DNA from: Macrostomum hystrix
Taxonomy: Eukaryota > Animalia > Platyhelminthes
Reading direction: 5' to 3'
Length of the DNA: 64,000 nt
NCBI GenBank assembly: GCA_950097015.1
Contig: CATNEN010000007.1
Coordinates: 4,650,001 to 4,714,000 of the forward strand
The translations under genes and the position numbers were made by a program. The notes beneath the pieces are model-generated. The model saw only the letters and a list, made by a program, of their open reading frames with translations. It made no database searches and had not been told where the DNA came from. Positions 25,031-38,700 of this stretch are shown here, one piece after another; positions within the stretch are counted from its first letter, which is position 1, and the number at the start of each line of letters is the position of its first letter.

Positions 25031-25285
25031 TTGGTTGCTTAACTGATTGATAAATTAAGCGATTGAATTTTCATTGATTGATTTATTGATTTGTTAATCC
25101 GATTTGGTAATCGATTGATTGATTTATTTACCGATTGATTCATTGATCGATTAATTGATTTGTATGTTGATCTATTGATTTCTAAACTAAAACGAACCGA
25201 TAAATTCCCTGATCACTGATCACTGAACGAATTAATTGATTGCTTTGTAAATTGAATGACTGACTTTAAATGATTACTTGATTGA
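25030..25285. repeat. ATTG-based low-complexity tract 3' of the GPCR
   Basis: Degenerate gattgattgatt repeats. Confidence 0.75.
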
Positions 25286-28200
25286 TAATCTTAGCAATTC
25301 GTTCGTTGGTCGGCCCCTCTGGCGCACTGGCTGATCCAATGAAAGTCCCACTGTTCTATTCAATTATGCTTTATCTATTCAGTAATCTCCCAGCTTAATT
25401 TGCACTTCCCGCTTTAGTGTCTGTCCCATTGTGTGCAACTCATTCGTTTTGGCTTCTTTTCATACCTATTTTATTCAATTGCATTCACTGTGCTATATTG
25501 TACATACAGTGCTGCCAGTGAGATGTACACTGTCTGTGGATGTGAAAGTCAGGCCAGATGTACACACAACACCTGTGAGTGTGTGTGTGCTAAGAGATTG
25601 GCGGAATAGGCAGAATTGGCTGCGGGTCGATAGTCGTTTCAGTTTTTTTTGTTCGTCGAAATTCTCACCCGAATGTCTCAAATGACTTCTCAGCTTCTCA
25701 GCGAAAATGGCTATAAATTGGCTCGTAGGCGGTGTTCCGTGCTGCAATCGTCTCCCATTGCGTTTAAATTAAATCCCAGCCGACTCGCCCGTCAACGGCG
25801 GGGAAAACGGGTCAGGATCTGATTAATTGCTGAAATTGCCAAAATCTGCTCCTGCAGGTCAGTCTGTTCCGTATAACCCAAGCCGTGTGTTGGCTTTTAT
25901 TAAGGATCTAAATAGCAGCTTCTAAGGCGATGGCCTCTTTAAGTTCCTGGCGTAGCGACCGTCTGCTAGAAACTGTCAAGGCTGCATCTTGAAAGTACTT
26001 CTTTGTCATCGGGTTTTCAAGCTGCTTCCTGCCCCATGGATTTTTGGCATGAAAATGTTTTTAAGTACTAAATGGCTTTTAGGAGTTAAAAGTACATTAT
26101 CAGCTCTCTGCCTGCACTATATTTGCAAACAAAATACGAGCGAAACGTCAGAAGTCTGTCTTTTAACACACAAAGGTTTTCATAAATTTCTCGTTGTGAA
26201 TTTGTTGCAAAAGCACATTTTTACACTTTTTTTGACCCGTCAAATACACACTGTTGCTAAGCAACCATCTGCTCTGACGCAAAGTCATGAATCGTTTGTG
26301 AAGCGATTCGATTCGATGATGAAAAATCATGTCTTTTTGCTTGTATATCTTCGAAAAATAGCTTCGCCAAGCCGGGGCTGGGGCAGCGAACTCTGGTCCC
26401 AGTGTTCAATCATTGCATTAACTGCCCGCTGATAACACAATCCACAGCTAGATAAATGTAATCCCTGCATTCCCCTGCTCTTACTGCTCCCAACAAAATG
26501 CTGCATTCGAATTTGTTCTCCCAAATGGGGAGACATTGCGACTAGACTTGGCTGAGCCTTCCGCATCCTGGTATCTCTCGTCTCCTCCCATCTCCCTCTC
26601 TCCTTCTCTCCCTTCCCTGGCGGGAGGTTTCGTTAAGAGGCCTGCAATTGACGGGCGGAGAGGGGAGGGCCGCAGTTTCCTCGATCCTTCATCACTCAGT
26701 CTCACGCTCTCCCTCCTCTGTCCGCTATGCGAAATCAGCGCTGTGCCGGTCGGGGCTTAATCCGATTTGGCAGCCCCCCCCCGGTTTCAGTGACTGCTCG
26801 GCCCTCTCATCCAGCCAGACTTTGCCGCAAGTCGGCGGCCGCCTCCTCTTCATCACCTCCGGGGGGCGCCTCGGCTGCACTTTATCTCCGTCGCTCCACT
26901 CGGCCTGCCAGAGCTGGGCGTCATGCCAATTAAAGGTCTCAGAACAGACAAGGCCGGCAGGGTCCCTGGCCGCAGGAATGTCTTCTCGTTCACTTTGCTG
27001 AAGAAGAAACTTGCCAAGCCGGCTTGGGGGAGTCGTTTGAGCATTCCTGTGACTTGGAGGGAAGATTCCTTGTCGGGCGGGGAGATGACTCGGCTAACCC
27101 GATTCCCTAGCTGGCTCATCATCAGCTGGGGAGGCGCCCAATTTAGTCGATTCCCAGATACAACAGCGCGGCAGCTCAAATACCTTGGGCCACATTGAGA
27201 CAGCAACTGAACCTATTTTAATTGCGAGCTCATCCCGCAGCACCTCTCAATCAATGTCCCCCCCATCTCATCTGCGGCCGCGCATTCATTCATCATTTGG
27301 ACTCGGCCGCATGCTGAGCTGCAGCGAGATGCCCCCCGCCAGCAGCAAACATTCTGCATGCTTTGAGGCTGAGCTCGGGGAGGGGGTGGGACCCTGCATG
27401 GGAGCGCAGATCCCAACCGCCTCCCTGTTCTCATCCTCCTCTGACCTTGACGTCCCACCCCGTTTCGCGGCAACTTTCTCATCTCCCCTCAGCCCCTGTC
27501 CGCCTCGCCCCCCCCCCTACGCTAGCCCGGCTGATGCGGGCCGACTTGAAATCCCCTTCCCAAAGCCTCGGAGACCGATACCCATGCCGCCCATGCTGCT
27601 CATCCTGCTCATTTTTGCGCCAGCTCCATTATCCGGAATCTTTTGACTTGAAGACCGCCGCCGCCCCCCGGCCCGCCCGCCTCTCGCGTACCGCTCGAGT
27701 GTGGGCTTCCGAAACTGGAAGGGATTTCAGTGAATTAGTGATCTTTCTGAGCAACGCAACTCGAGAGAAAAACTCGGGCTTCACAGCTTCTGTTCTGCTC
27801 AGTTTGGCTGCGCTGGAATGCTCGAAAATATTCCTCTATTCGTTTATAGCATAGAGATTCAGGTTTTTGCCATCTCTGAGCACTGGCTAGGGACAAGAGA
27901 AGACTCAGACCAGGCTCTTTGTAATTAGCTGCAGCATCAGCGGGGAGACGCGGGAGGCTGAGGAAAGATCAGCAGCCACTTCGGCGGTGCTCCCCCATCT
28001 CTCCCATGTGAGTTTCGCTTTCCCTAGCTGCGCCCGCAATTATCCCCTTTCCTCACCCGGCGACTGCTCCCGATCAGAGCAGCCGAGAGATGAAAATAAC
28101 TGCTCAAGCCATTGTGCGTCAAATTTTGCACGGCCCCCCTGTTTTTGCCCATTGAGTCAGTTTTTTTCTGTCAGACGCATTGCTTTGAGTCAGTCTGAGT

Positions 28201-28499
28201 CCTGTCCTGGTTTGTTAGCAGATGAGCAGGCCGTGTGAGAAGTTCGGCTGTTATTAGCATCAGCATGCTCAGGCCTAGTAAACAAAGCTAGCATCAACAG
28301 TACCGAGCTATTTTCCAGCCCGATTTTGTACCCGGGGCCCTGATGGCATCAGCCCTCACAGGAAAACGTCGTCATCAGCATCGGTACGTCGAGATATTCA
28401 ACGATTCTAGTCGGGATGTCTGGTGGCAAGAACCGCAAATGTAGGAATAAATTTTGTGTTCACAAAATTTCATTACAAATACAGTTACAAAAATTGTTT

Positions 28500-28740
28500 A
28501 ACCAATATGGTATCGCCATAGATGTTTATACGGAGCAATTCTAGTTGTCCTTGCCACCAAGGTCATCGACGAGAATCGATGAATATCTCGACGAAGCTGA
28601 CGTCGGACGGTTTTGAAAGTTGGTTCATCGTGGAGGGCAGTAAATTTTGATCCATATGGTGGACTTTCACGAAAATCAGTCATTTTTTTGGGAGCTGTAG
28701 TGAAGTGGGCAGCGGGTATTTGAAATACCTCAGTGGTCTC
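28500..28740. repeat. Dispersed repeat, copy 1 (unclassified, probably a transposon remnant)
   Basis: Clear alignment over about 230 bp with 42715-42945 (gaatatctcgacg...tttgaaagttggttc...atatggtggacttt...gcagcgggtatttgaaa). Confidence 0.8.
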
Positions 28741-29732
28741 TGCTTTTAAATGAAAATTACTTCTAATGTTTTCATTTGGGCAGAAGGACTTATTGAGCGC
28801 ACACGCATATGTACACCTGCCCTGTACATCTGATCAAAATACAGTGCACAAAGTCAAAGGTAAGTAAAAAGATTTGCTACCTAGGCCATTAATATAAAAA
28901 GCCAATTCAATAAGCAAGCAAACAAAATTTCGGTTTATTTAATAGGAAACAAGGACGTAGCATGTTTCTAGTCAGTTTTACCTGATTCAGGTAAGTTTTC
29001 AGTGCATACTAGTGTACCACATTATAAAACAGTTAATAAACAAGTAACAATTTTTTGTTTATTTTATAGGAAATAATTGTGAAAATATATAGAATTGTCT
29101 ACGATACTATCGAATAAACCCTCTGGAGATTTTGGGGGGAGAAACTGGGTTTGCTCAGATGATCAGGGTGCGGTCGTCAAGCATTTTTGTTTCATCCTCT
29201 CTCTACTAAGTTGACGGTTCGTGCCGCCTTTGCTTTTCTCTCGCTTTTTTCCGGATCGCTTTCTGTCCTGAAGCCACCCAGACTCCAAGACCCGGCAGTG
29301 TCAAAGGATTTGCTACAAAGCTGCATTGGCACAGATGCAAGCCATTTCCGATTTGCGTGGGAAAACACTCACAAAACTGACAGAGGCTAGCTCAATGGAT
29401 ACGGCGGCGCGTTTGAGACCGAATTCATCTTCTTCAGGGGGTTTAGGAGGGATTATGGAAGGTTTGGGAAGCATTTATTTAAAGACTTAATATTACATAT
29501 TAAAATCACCTGGCTTAAAATTAGTTCAACAGATCCCAAATAATAAATCTATTTTTAGAATGAGCTCTTAGATTCTTTTTGAAGGAGAGAAAGAGAGATG
29601 GCGAGAGAGGGTAAGACGGAGAGAGAGGGTGTGACGGCGATATGGCGAGAGAGGGTGGGACGACGAGACGGCGAGAGAGGGAGAGACGGCTATCGAGACA
29701 GCGAATAGAGCGTCAGTTCGGGGTCGAGTCCC

Positions 29733-32700
29733 CTAGGCCTGCATCTGCGAAGGCGCCCTGCTGCTCCGGCCGTCGGTATTCAAGAAGTCGCGCACGATGA
29801 TCCTCTTGTACTGCTTGGCCTCCAGCAGCAGTTCAACAAAGCTGACGTGCTTGATGAGGCGCGTGTATGGCAGGGGATCAAGGTCGTCGCTGCCGAGTTG
29901 GTGGTAGATGGCGCCCAGCATAGGCCGGGTCAGGCACTCCTGGGTGACCTCCGTGTCCACCAAGTCGGAGAAGTCGGTGGTGTCCTCGGTGATGTGGCGG
30001 CCGTAGCCCAGCACATAGTAAGCCGCATCGATCTTCACCAGGCTGTCGTCACAGTCGGTGGGAACCTGCGGGAAGGGATGGGGAGCAGTTTTTGTTGGGT
30101 TCATTGAGGACAACTGGTATGCTCCACAATGGTCATTTCATCTGAGCTTCCTCAATGGTCATTTCATCTGGTATGCTCCACAATGGTCATTTCATCTGAG
30201 CTTCCACAGTGGTCATTTCATCTGGTATGCTCCACAATGGTCATTTCATCTGAGCTTCCACAGTGGTCATTTCATCTGAGCTTCCACAATGGTCATTTCA
30301 TCTGAGCTTCCACAATAGTCATTTCATCTAAGCTTCCACAATGGTCATTTCATCTGAGCTTCCACAATGGTCATTTTATCTGAGCTTCCACAATGGTCAT
30401 TTCATCTGAGCTTCCACAATGGTCATTTCATCTGAGCTTCCACAATGGTCATTTCATCTGAGCTTCCACAATGGTCATTTCATCTGAGCTTCCACAATGG
30501 TCATTTCATCTGAGCTTCCACAATGGTCATTTCATCTGAGCTTCCACAATGGTCATTTCATCTGAGCTTCCACAATGGTCATTTCATCTGAGCTTCCACA
30601 ATGGTCATTTCATCTGAGCTTCCACAATAGTCATTTCATCTAAGCTTCCACAATGGTCATTTCATCTGAGCTTCCACAATGGTCATTTCATCTGAGTTTT
30701 CACAATCGTCATTTTATCATCCACGTTTCGATTTATCCGATCTGGGAAGAAACGGCCACCGACCTCCTCCGCCAGTGGATCCACGGCCGTGACCTCCTCG
30801 TAGCCGGCGATGGGGCAGTGCGGAATGTGCGAGTCGTTGGCAACGCTCAGCGCCTTAAGGAATCCAACGTACGGGCTGGTGGAAGCGGCACAGTGCAGCA
30901 GCAGGTCCAAGTACGGCATGCGGCCGTCCTCGTTAGCGAAGAAGTCAAACAGCAGGTGCTTGAAGCCCTCCAGCCTGTTGATCTGCTTCGGCTTCGTCGG
31001 CTCGTCCGGCGTCGGCGGCGGCGGCCCCGGGCTGAACCAGAGCTCGATGAAGTCGTACTGCTCCCGGGTAACGAAGCCGCTGTCACTCTGATCCAGGTCC
31101 TTGAACTTGGCCAGGGTGTCCAGCAGGTTCTGCTGGCTCGGCCAGGGCCAGGGCTGCGAGATGGCGAGCAGGAAGGCCCGCCAGGAGACGTACTCCTGGT
31201 CGGAGGACATGCCCTGTGCCAGCTCCAGTAGTTGCGCTGCGCTGCAGTGCTGCCACTGCTCCGGCAGCAGGTCCGGGTCCTGGTGGGAATTCACTTCCTC
31301 CTGGGAGAGGTTTGGTATGGGATTAACAATGTTAACAATCTTCTTAGAGTTGCCCAGTTAGTTTTTCTCATAATTATCCCTTATAAAATTGCCGTGCGGC
31401 CACTACTGGTCAGTAGTGACGGTGTGATATTGTCTCATAGAATAGTCTTCACACATTCGTACCATAAGTACATTCACGAACTCGTTGATAGCCAGCAGGC
31501 CGTCCGGCGCGATGCCCTTGAAGCGGCCTAGCAGATCCCGGATGGCCTTGAGCGAGAACCAATCAGGCTCCAGCTGCTCCACCGGGGCTGGCCGCACGGG
31601 CTTTGGCATATCCGGCACGACCTTGAATTCCTGGAATGAAGGAATCCAAACAAAAAAGGAACCTATTTAAAAACTTAAGCTTTACTACTATTTTAACAGT
31701 ATTTAAGGACGCCGATTAAGTGTTAGAAAACCTTATGCATGCTGTGTAACCATGGTAACGAAATATATATATTTTAAGAGATTTTTAGAATATTTTTACT
31801 TGAAAGTCTTTCCGATAATATGTAAAAAAGTATTTCAAATAGTTTTACTCGCAATAAAATTTGATTCAATGTGTTCTGAACGCATGTGCAGAAAGTGCTA
31901 ATAAAGTTTCGTGACTGACAGGTAGATGAGACAGTAAGGTTACAGCATGGTGCCGAATTATGCTGTACCAAACCAAGGTGTGTCGCTGCCTCTCCATTTA
32001 TTGTTGCAAAAGGTAGTAATAGATATTTGAGTGACTATCAGGCAACTGAGACTGTGACTGGTGTCATTTGTGCATTTAGGTCTCGGGTTGATAGAGAAAA
32101 TAAAATAAAAAGTGTTTTGCCAAAACGTATGCGTGTGAAGATGTACCTCGTCTAATACCGTCACTTCCTCCTGAAAGATAAAAGTCAAGCAAAGTATTTA
32201 AGCATGATAATTCTGTGGGAATAGCTAGTGCTTAATTCAGATTGTTCTAGCCAAATTTAGTTTTAACTGTATTTCTTGGTAGTTTGCAAATCAAATGAAG
32301 CGTCGATAAGCCTGTAAATTACGAATGGGTGATGGCAGAGGGCATGTAATGTACATTTGACTGTACAAAGGGATAGAGATTTAGATTAGACGTAGACGGC
32401 TCGCAGAATGTACATAGAAGGCCAAGAAGATCAAATAGGGGCAGGAAGGGAGATAAGAGGCAACGTACATAGCTGAGTCAAGCGAGGGTAGTTGTTAAGC
32501 GAGCGGACACTAAAGTATGAATCAACCCTCATGTTGCACACTGTGCCTTGGGGGTTGGCTCATCGGCGCAAAGCAGAGAGGGCGGGGGATGAAAGATGCA
32601 AGGGCTCTTGTACGTTAGTGCCTCATCATATTGGGCATTCAGATTCGTCTGCCAACATGTGAAGCACGTATCCCTTGTTTCTTATTATCCCCATTACTCA

Positions 32701-35700
32701 CTGAATTGAGCAGGAAGTCGCTAGCGGACAGCTCCAGTCGCTCCACAATGGGCCCGCGCGACTCGATGGCGTGCCGGATGAGCTCGCAGGCCTGGTCGAT
32801 GAGCTCGCTCTCGCGCAGCAGTCTAGCGCCGATCCAGTCCACTAGGTCCTTGCTGGCCAGCTCCCGCTTCTGCTTCAGGTCCTGCAGCACCCGGGCCGCC
32901 ACAGCCACGCACAGCTCCATGCGAGCGCGAACCGCCCGGGCCTCGTGCTCCAGCGAGAAGAAGTACTCCTCGCGCATCCGCTCCCGCGTCAGCCGCTTCG
33001 CACGCTCCTCTTCGGTCTCCAGCGGGTCGGCGGCTGGATCCGGCGTGCCAGCCGCGTCCGCCTCGCCCGCGGCAGCCGGTGCCGCAGCTCCTTTGCCGGC
33101 GTCCTTCTTGCCGCCCTTCTTGGGGCTCGGCGAACGGCTCTTGCCCTTCTTGCCGCCGCCAGCGCCACCGCCACCTTTCTTGCCAGCGCCTTTGGCGGCC
33201 TCCTTAACCGCCTTCTCGCGCTCGCGCTCCTTCTCAAGCAGCCGCTGCCTCTCGGCCTCCTCCTCGGCCTCCTTGGCCGCCAGCTCCTGGCTGACGAAGA
33301 AAGCGATTTGGCTGACGCCGGCCCAGAAGGCATCGAACACGATGCGAGCGTCCGGGTCCGAAGGCGCGGCGGGCGTCTCCAGCCTCTCCGCCTTTTTGTC
33401 TTTCTTGCCACCGGCTCCGCCGCCACCGCCGCCACCGCCGCCGGCACCTTTCTCTTTGCCGACTTTGAACTGCGCCTGTAGGGCCTCCTTGAACTCGGCT
33501 AGGGTTGGCGCCTGGCCGAGAACTGGGATCCTGAATGTGAAGCGAATGGAAGTGCGTTTTTGCTCTTTTATCAATGCTCAATTGTCTAGTGTGTTCGGGT
33601 TGTTCTACCGTGCATGGATCTGAACTGTCCCAGAAATTTAATAATAATTAACTAAAAAATGAACAAAGTGGGTTCTTTGTGTTCGCTTAAAAACAAAAAA
33701 GAAATACGAATATCTATAGGCAATTTCGCAGAAAAATTCCATAAAAACCTCAACCAAACGTTTAAAACGAAAATATGCACCATGTACTACTCGCTGACTC
33801 GCAAGTATAATATAGTAGTATATCATGATTAACAAAATGAATAAGGATTCTCGGGTAGGGAGTGACTAATAGGAAGGCCGACGTTTCTGTCTTCGCTGTC
33901 AGCCGCCTGCCGACCTGCTCGAGGCTTTTGAAGCTTCCTGCAAGCTGAGGCTAAGACTGCCTGCGGTACCACTGGCCTGCTGCTGCTGCTGCTGCCGTCG
34001 CTGTCGCCGACCCTTAGGCGGCGGTCGCCAACCGCCGGCCACAGCGGCCGCTGTTTTTAACGCTTCGGCTAGCGAGGCAGCCGACGGCCGCCGGCGGAGC
34101 AGCTCGACGGTGACAGAGTCGGCGGTGCGCAGGATCGAGTCGCGCCAGCTGGCCAGGTCCGCGGACTCGCCGCTGACACTGCTGCTGCTGCGATTGGTGA
34201 GAATGAGACTGCCTGCAACCTGCTGCTGCTGCTGCTGCTGCTGACGCTCCGTTGCGAGGCTGGACGCATTTTCGTCGTGCTGGGCTAGTAAGCGCTCATC
34301 TAGGTCAACGTCGGAGTCGATTGTCTCAGCGGACGGAATGAAAAACGTGAGTCTGTGCTCAGCATGCGAGGGGAAGAATGGGAGTCACGAGGCGAAATGG
34401 GTATGGCCGTGTAAAACCGGAGTTTCGTTAGTAAGAGCTCGGTTGTATTTGTTAAAATTTCTCTAGTCGCTTGAATTAAAAAAGGCTTTAACAGCATCTA
34501 GTTTAGCAAGTTTTGAGAGCAAAAAATCCGATTCAAATACGAGGGTATTCCCACACGGGAGCGAAGGTTAACTCACTTCGTCCGAAACATGGCCTCGATC
34601 TCCTCGTCCGTGAGCTCCCTGGCCTCGTCCACTGGCTCTTTGTTCTTGCCGCCGCCTCCGCCAGCCTTCTTGGCCACCGGGCTGGCAGCCTTGGCCGGCG
34701 ACTGGTGGCGCGAGGAGCCGCGCGAGGATCCGTCGCCGGAGCGCGCCGGGTCTCGCTCGTAGGGCAGCTCCAAAATCGGCAGCCGCAGGAAGTCCGGTTT
34801 GTAGGGCTCAGGGATTGGCGTGTCCATGCCTCTATAGTAGTCCTTCATGAACTTCACCGTGTCCTGGAATCTGTCCATCTCGCCCTGCAGCAGCTCGATG
34901 TACAAATTGGTGAGCAGGCCCAGGCGGTCCTCCACCCAGCCAAAGTGTTCAATGGCCTCCTTCTTGGCCTCCGCCTGCTCCTTGCGCTTGTCCGTGATGT
35001 CCACCAGCCGCTCGCGCAGCTCTTCAAGCCGCTGATGCAGGTCGGCCACCACCTCTTCATCCGAGCGTAGATCCTGCGGTATCTCGTTGAAGTCCTTCTG
35101 GAAAGCGGTCAACAGCACCTGGTGGTTGTCCGGCCGCTGCAGGTATTCCAGGAAGTCGCGGCGAACTTGGTAAAAGTACACCACAGCCGAGTCCTTCACT
35201 TGACGAAGGCGACGAAACACTGACTTGGTGGTGGAGACGTAGCCGTGCTCGATGGCGTCCCATAGTGGCGACAGCGCCTTCGCCAAGTCCTCGGGAATCG
35301 CAAGGTCGACAAATTCCCATTCCGGGTCGCTTGGCTTCGGCGGAGGTGGTGGCGGCTCCGGAACCGCTTCGCCGGCCGCCTCTGTCGAAGTCGCCTCCGG
35401 CGCAACGCTGTCGCCTGGCTTCGAGCCAGTGGCCTCCTTGGAGGTCTTCGGCGAACCGCTGCGGGAGCCCTTCCTGGCCTTGCCTGCGCCGGCGCCCTTC
35501 TTCTCGGCGCTGCTGGCCCGGCTGCTCTTACGGCTACCCGCCTTCTCCTTGGACTTGGAGCGGCCGGGACTGCCGCCGGCCTTCCCTTTGCGCTTCCCTG
35601 ACGCTGGCCGGGAGGCGCTAGCCGCAGCCGCGGCCGCGGCCTCCGCCTCCGAGGCGGCCTTAGATGCCCGAGCAGCCTCCTCGGCAGCTTCGGCAGCCGC

Positions 35701-38700
35701 AGCAGCCGAGGCCGCCTCCAACTCCAGTCGGCGTTGCTCGGCTAGCAGCGCTTCCGCGGCGGCGCGTGCCTCGGCTTCCTTCCGCTCCTCCTCCTGGCGC
35801 TCGGCCTCAAGCCTGCGAGCGACAAATTCGTCCAAGATTCGCTCGGTCTCTAGGTAGACCGCCTCCGGCTCCATCGATGCGTCCACGCGGACCACGTTGC
35901 CAAAGCGGCGGTAGAACTTTTCCAGCTTCGGCCAGGCCTCGGCGTAGGCGCTGAGACGCTTTTGCACCTGCGATTGGCGGCCAAAGGTTGAGGATTGTTG
36001 CTTTTGTTGGGAACAATGATTCCAAGGTTGTAATCGAGAATCCAGATGCTCACCTGGTCAAGGTCGAAGGCCGGATCCTTCACTGGTTGAACCTTCTCCT
36101 CGCCCTGTACACCTGTGGTGCTGCCCTCGGGCGGCTGCTTGGCCTCCAAGTGGAACTCCTTGCCAGTGCCGGGCTGCTCAACCCGACCGAGGGCTCGCTT
36201 CAGGCACCAGGCGTCGTCCACCGCGAAGTCGATGATCAAGTCCAGTCCGCTGGCCGGCTCCGGTGGCGGTGGCGCGGGCTTCGGATTGGAGGCCAGACCG
36301 CCGGCCTTCTTCCTACCGCGCGCGCCGGCCTTGGCGGGCTCCTCGAAGCCGGTCAGGGCCTTCTCGAACAGCTTGGCCTGGGTGTAGTTGGACGGGAAGC
36401 CGTCCAGGATCCACCCGGTGCCGCCGGGCACGCGGTGGATGGCCTCGATCTGGTGGTCAAAAATATTTTTTTACAATACTTATAAACATAAATCGCATCC
36501 CTTCCCTCTGACATTTCCGTCATCCACATTGTATGACGTATATCGCTCGTATGACGTATGACGTATACATCAGCAGGAATGTACATTCCATTATTTTTTC
36601 CGGTTTCTATTTCCTATTTCCTATCCCCATTCCCTGTTTCGCTCACCAGCAGTTCAACCAGCAGCTCATCGGTGACCGGCTTTCCGCGCCGCAGCAAGGT
36701 CGTCAGCTTCTCGCCAATCTTCGCCCTCTGCGTCAGCTGCGGCTTCGGCGGCTCCGGAGGCGTGGTCTTCGCCGGCTGCTGCTGCGACTGCGGCGTTCCA
36801 CCGCCACCATCGGCTGCCGTGGCTGACGAGCCGGCGGCCAGGTTCGTCTGGGAGACGGCTGCAGATTGATCAGCGACCGCGGTGGAGCCGGAGGCAGCCA
36901 GCTGGGCCGCGGAGCTGGTCTCGGGCGCGGCGCTGGCCGACGCCTCCCCAGACAGCGCCTCCGGCTCCGGCTCTGGCGGCGGCGTTGGCGGCGGAGTCGG
37001 CAGCGGCTCGAGCTCGTTCAGCTTGAAGGCATCCATCGCCTCCTCGACCAAGGTGTTCACGTCGAACGATACGCAGCGATTGTCTGCAGGTGTAAGGATT
37101 TTTATCAGCTAATCTTGTACTTCCAGTGACTTTTGCCGACGATTACAATTTTATCCGAATTTCAGAAAATTATCCCACTGACGCCACTCACTTTCGATCA
37201 GGCGCCGCACCACGCTGGATTTGCCTGAGAACAGCTTGCCGCAGATGGTGGCTCGCACTGGAAACGGTGGAAACTGTGGCGCATCCGGCGGAGGCTGGAA
37301 TCGGGGGAAATTTGGCAAAGATTTTTACATCTAGTCACGGTAGGGATAGAAAACTAAAACTACTCACGGTGGGCGGGTTGGCAATGGCGTGCACCCGGTC
37401 CACAATCCAGCCAACCACTGGGTTGGATACTGGTGCAGACTGTACATCACAGTCCTCTGGCGGCTGCCACTCGCCCAGCATGTCCTTGTACTCCAGCAGC
37501 TCCGCTTCGTCTTGTACCGCCTCCTTCTCCTCAAGCACCAGCCCGGGGTCCGCGTCGACCTCCGCCACGGCCGCCGCTTCCTCCGCTTCCAAGTCATCGA
37601 TGGCCAGGGGCGCTGCCGGTGACGCTGTGGAGGCGTAGATCGGCTGCCCGCTGCTGAAAAGCGCCTTGAGGTCGCGGTATTTCCGGTGCGGCACCCGGCC
37701 ACCCGGGCCTTCAAGTTCGCGCAGTTCGGCCAGTTTGCAGGCGACGTCGACAATGTCGGACACGGCCAGCCAGCAGTGGCCGTAGTGCCGCTCGTATTTC
37801 TGCTGCCGACGATGATTCGCTCCCTCTTCGCGCAGCAGGCGCTCTTGCTGTAGCTCCTCCTGTTTCGTGAGCAGACGGTGAGCAGACGGTGAGCAGACGG
37901 TGAGCAGATGGTGAGCAGATGGTGAGCAGACGGTGAGCAGACGGTGAGCAGACGGTGAGCAGACGGTGAATAGACGGTGAGCAGACGGTGAGCAGACGGT
38001 GAGCAGACGGTGAGCAGATGGTGAGCAGATGGTGAGCAGACGGTGAGCAGACGGTGAGCAGACGGTGAGCAGATGGTGAGCAGATGGTGAGCAGACGGTG
38101 AGCAGACGGTGAGCAGACGGTGAGCAGATGGTGAGCAGATGGTGAGCAGATGGTGAGCAGATGGTGAGCAGAGTGTTGAGAGGAGAAGGTTCCTTGGAAC
38201 TAGCTGGCCAGCGCTTTTAGGCCGACATTCGGACAAGACAAAGAAAATTCGCCTGAGATATTGTGGGAGACTAAGAGAATTAGAAAGGCGGTATGAGACA
38301 GTAGGACACGGAGTCAATCAAAGCAAAAGGACGGGTGAAACAATGCTGCAGATTACCTCATACTCCGCCCGAGCCCTCTGAGCCATGATCTTCTCCCGGT
38401 CCAGCGCCTCCTGAAACTCGATCTCGCGACGCTCCTGATATTGGCGCTCGCGTTCGCGCCGATTCCGCTTCAGGACGTCCTTCTCGCGACGCGCCTGCAA
38501 TAGCTGGACGGCGATTCGGCGCTCCATCTGGGACTGGCGCATCAGCTTGCCGGCCAGCGTGGCCTCCCTCTGCCGCTCTTCCTGCTGTTCGTGTGCTCTC
38601 AGACAGTCGACCAGCACCTTGCGACGGCGTCGTTCGCGGGCCGCTCGCGCCTCTGCGTCCTCCGCCAAGCGGCGACGAATCTTGGCAATGTAGGCGTCAT

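Noticed and set aside
32631-36485. Multiple plus-strand ORFs of 100-330 aa opposite SPEF2 (similar ones oppose the GPCR and the LINE)
   Set aside because: Antisense shadows of GC-rich coding exons with no motifs.
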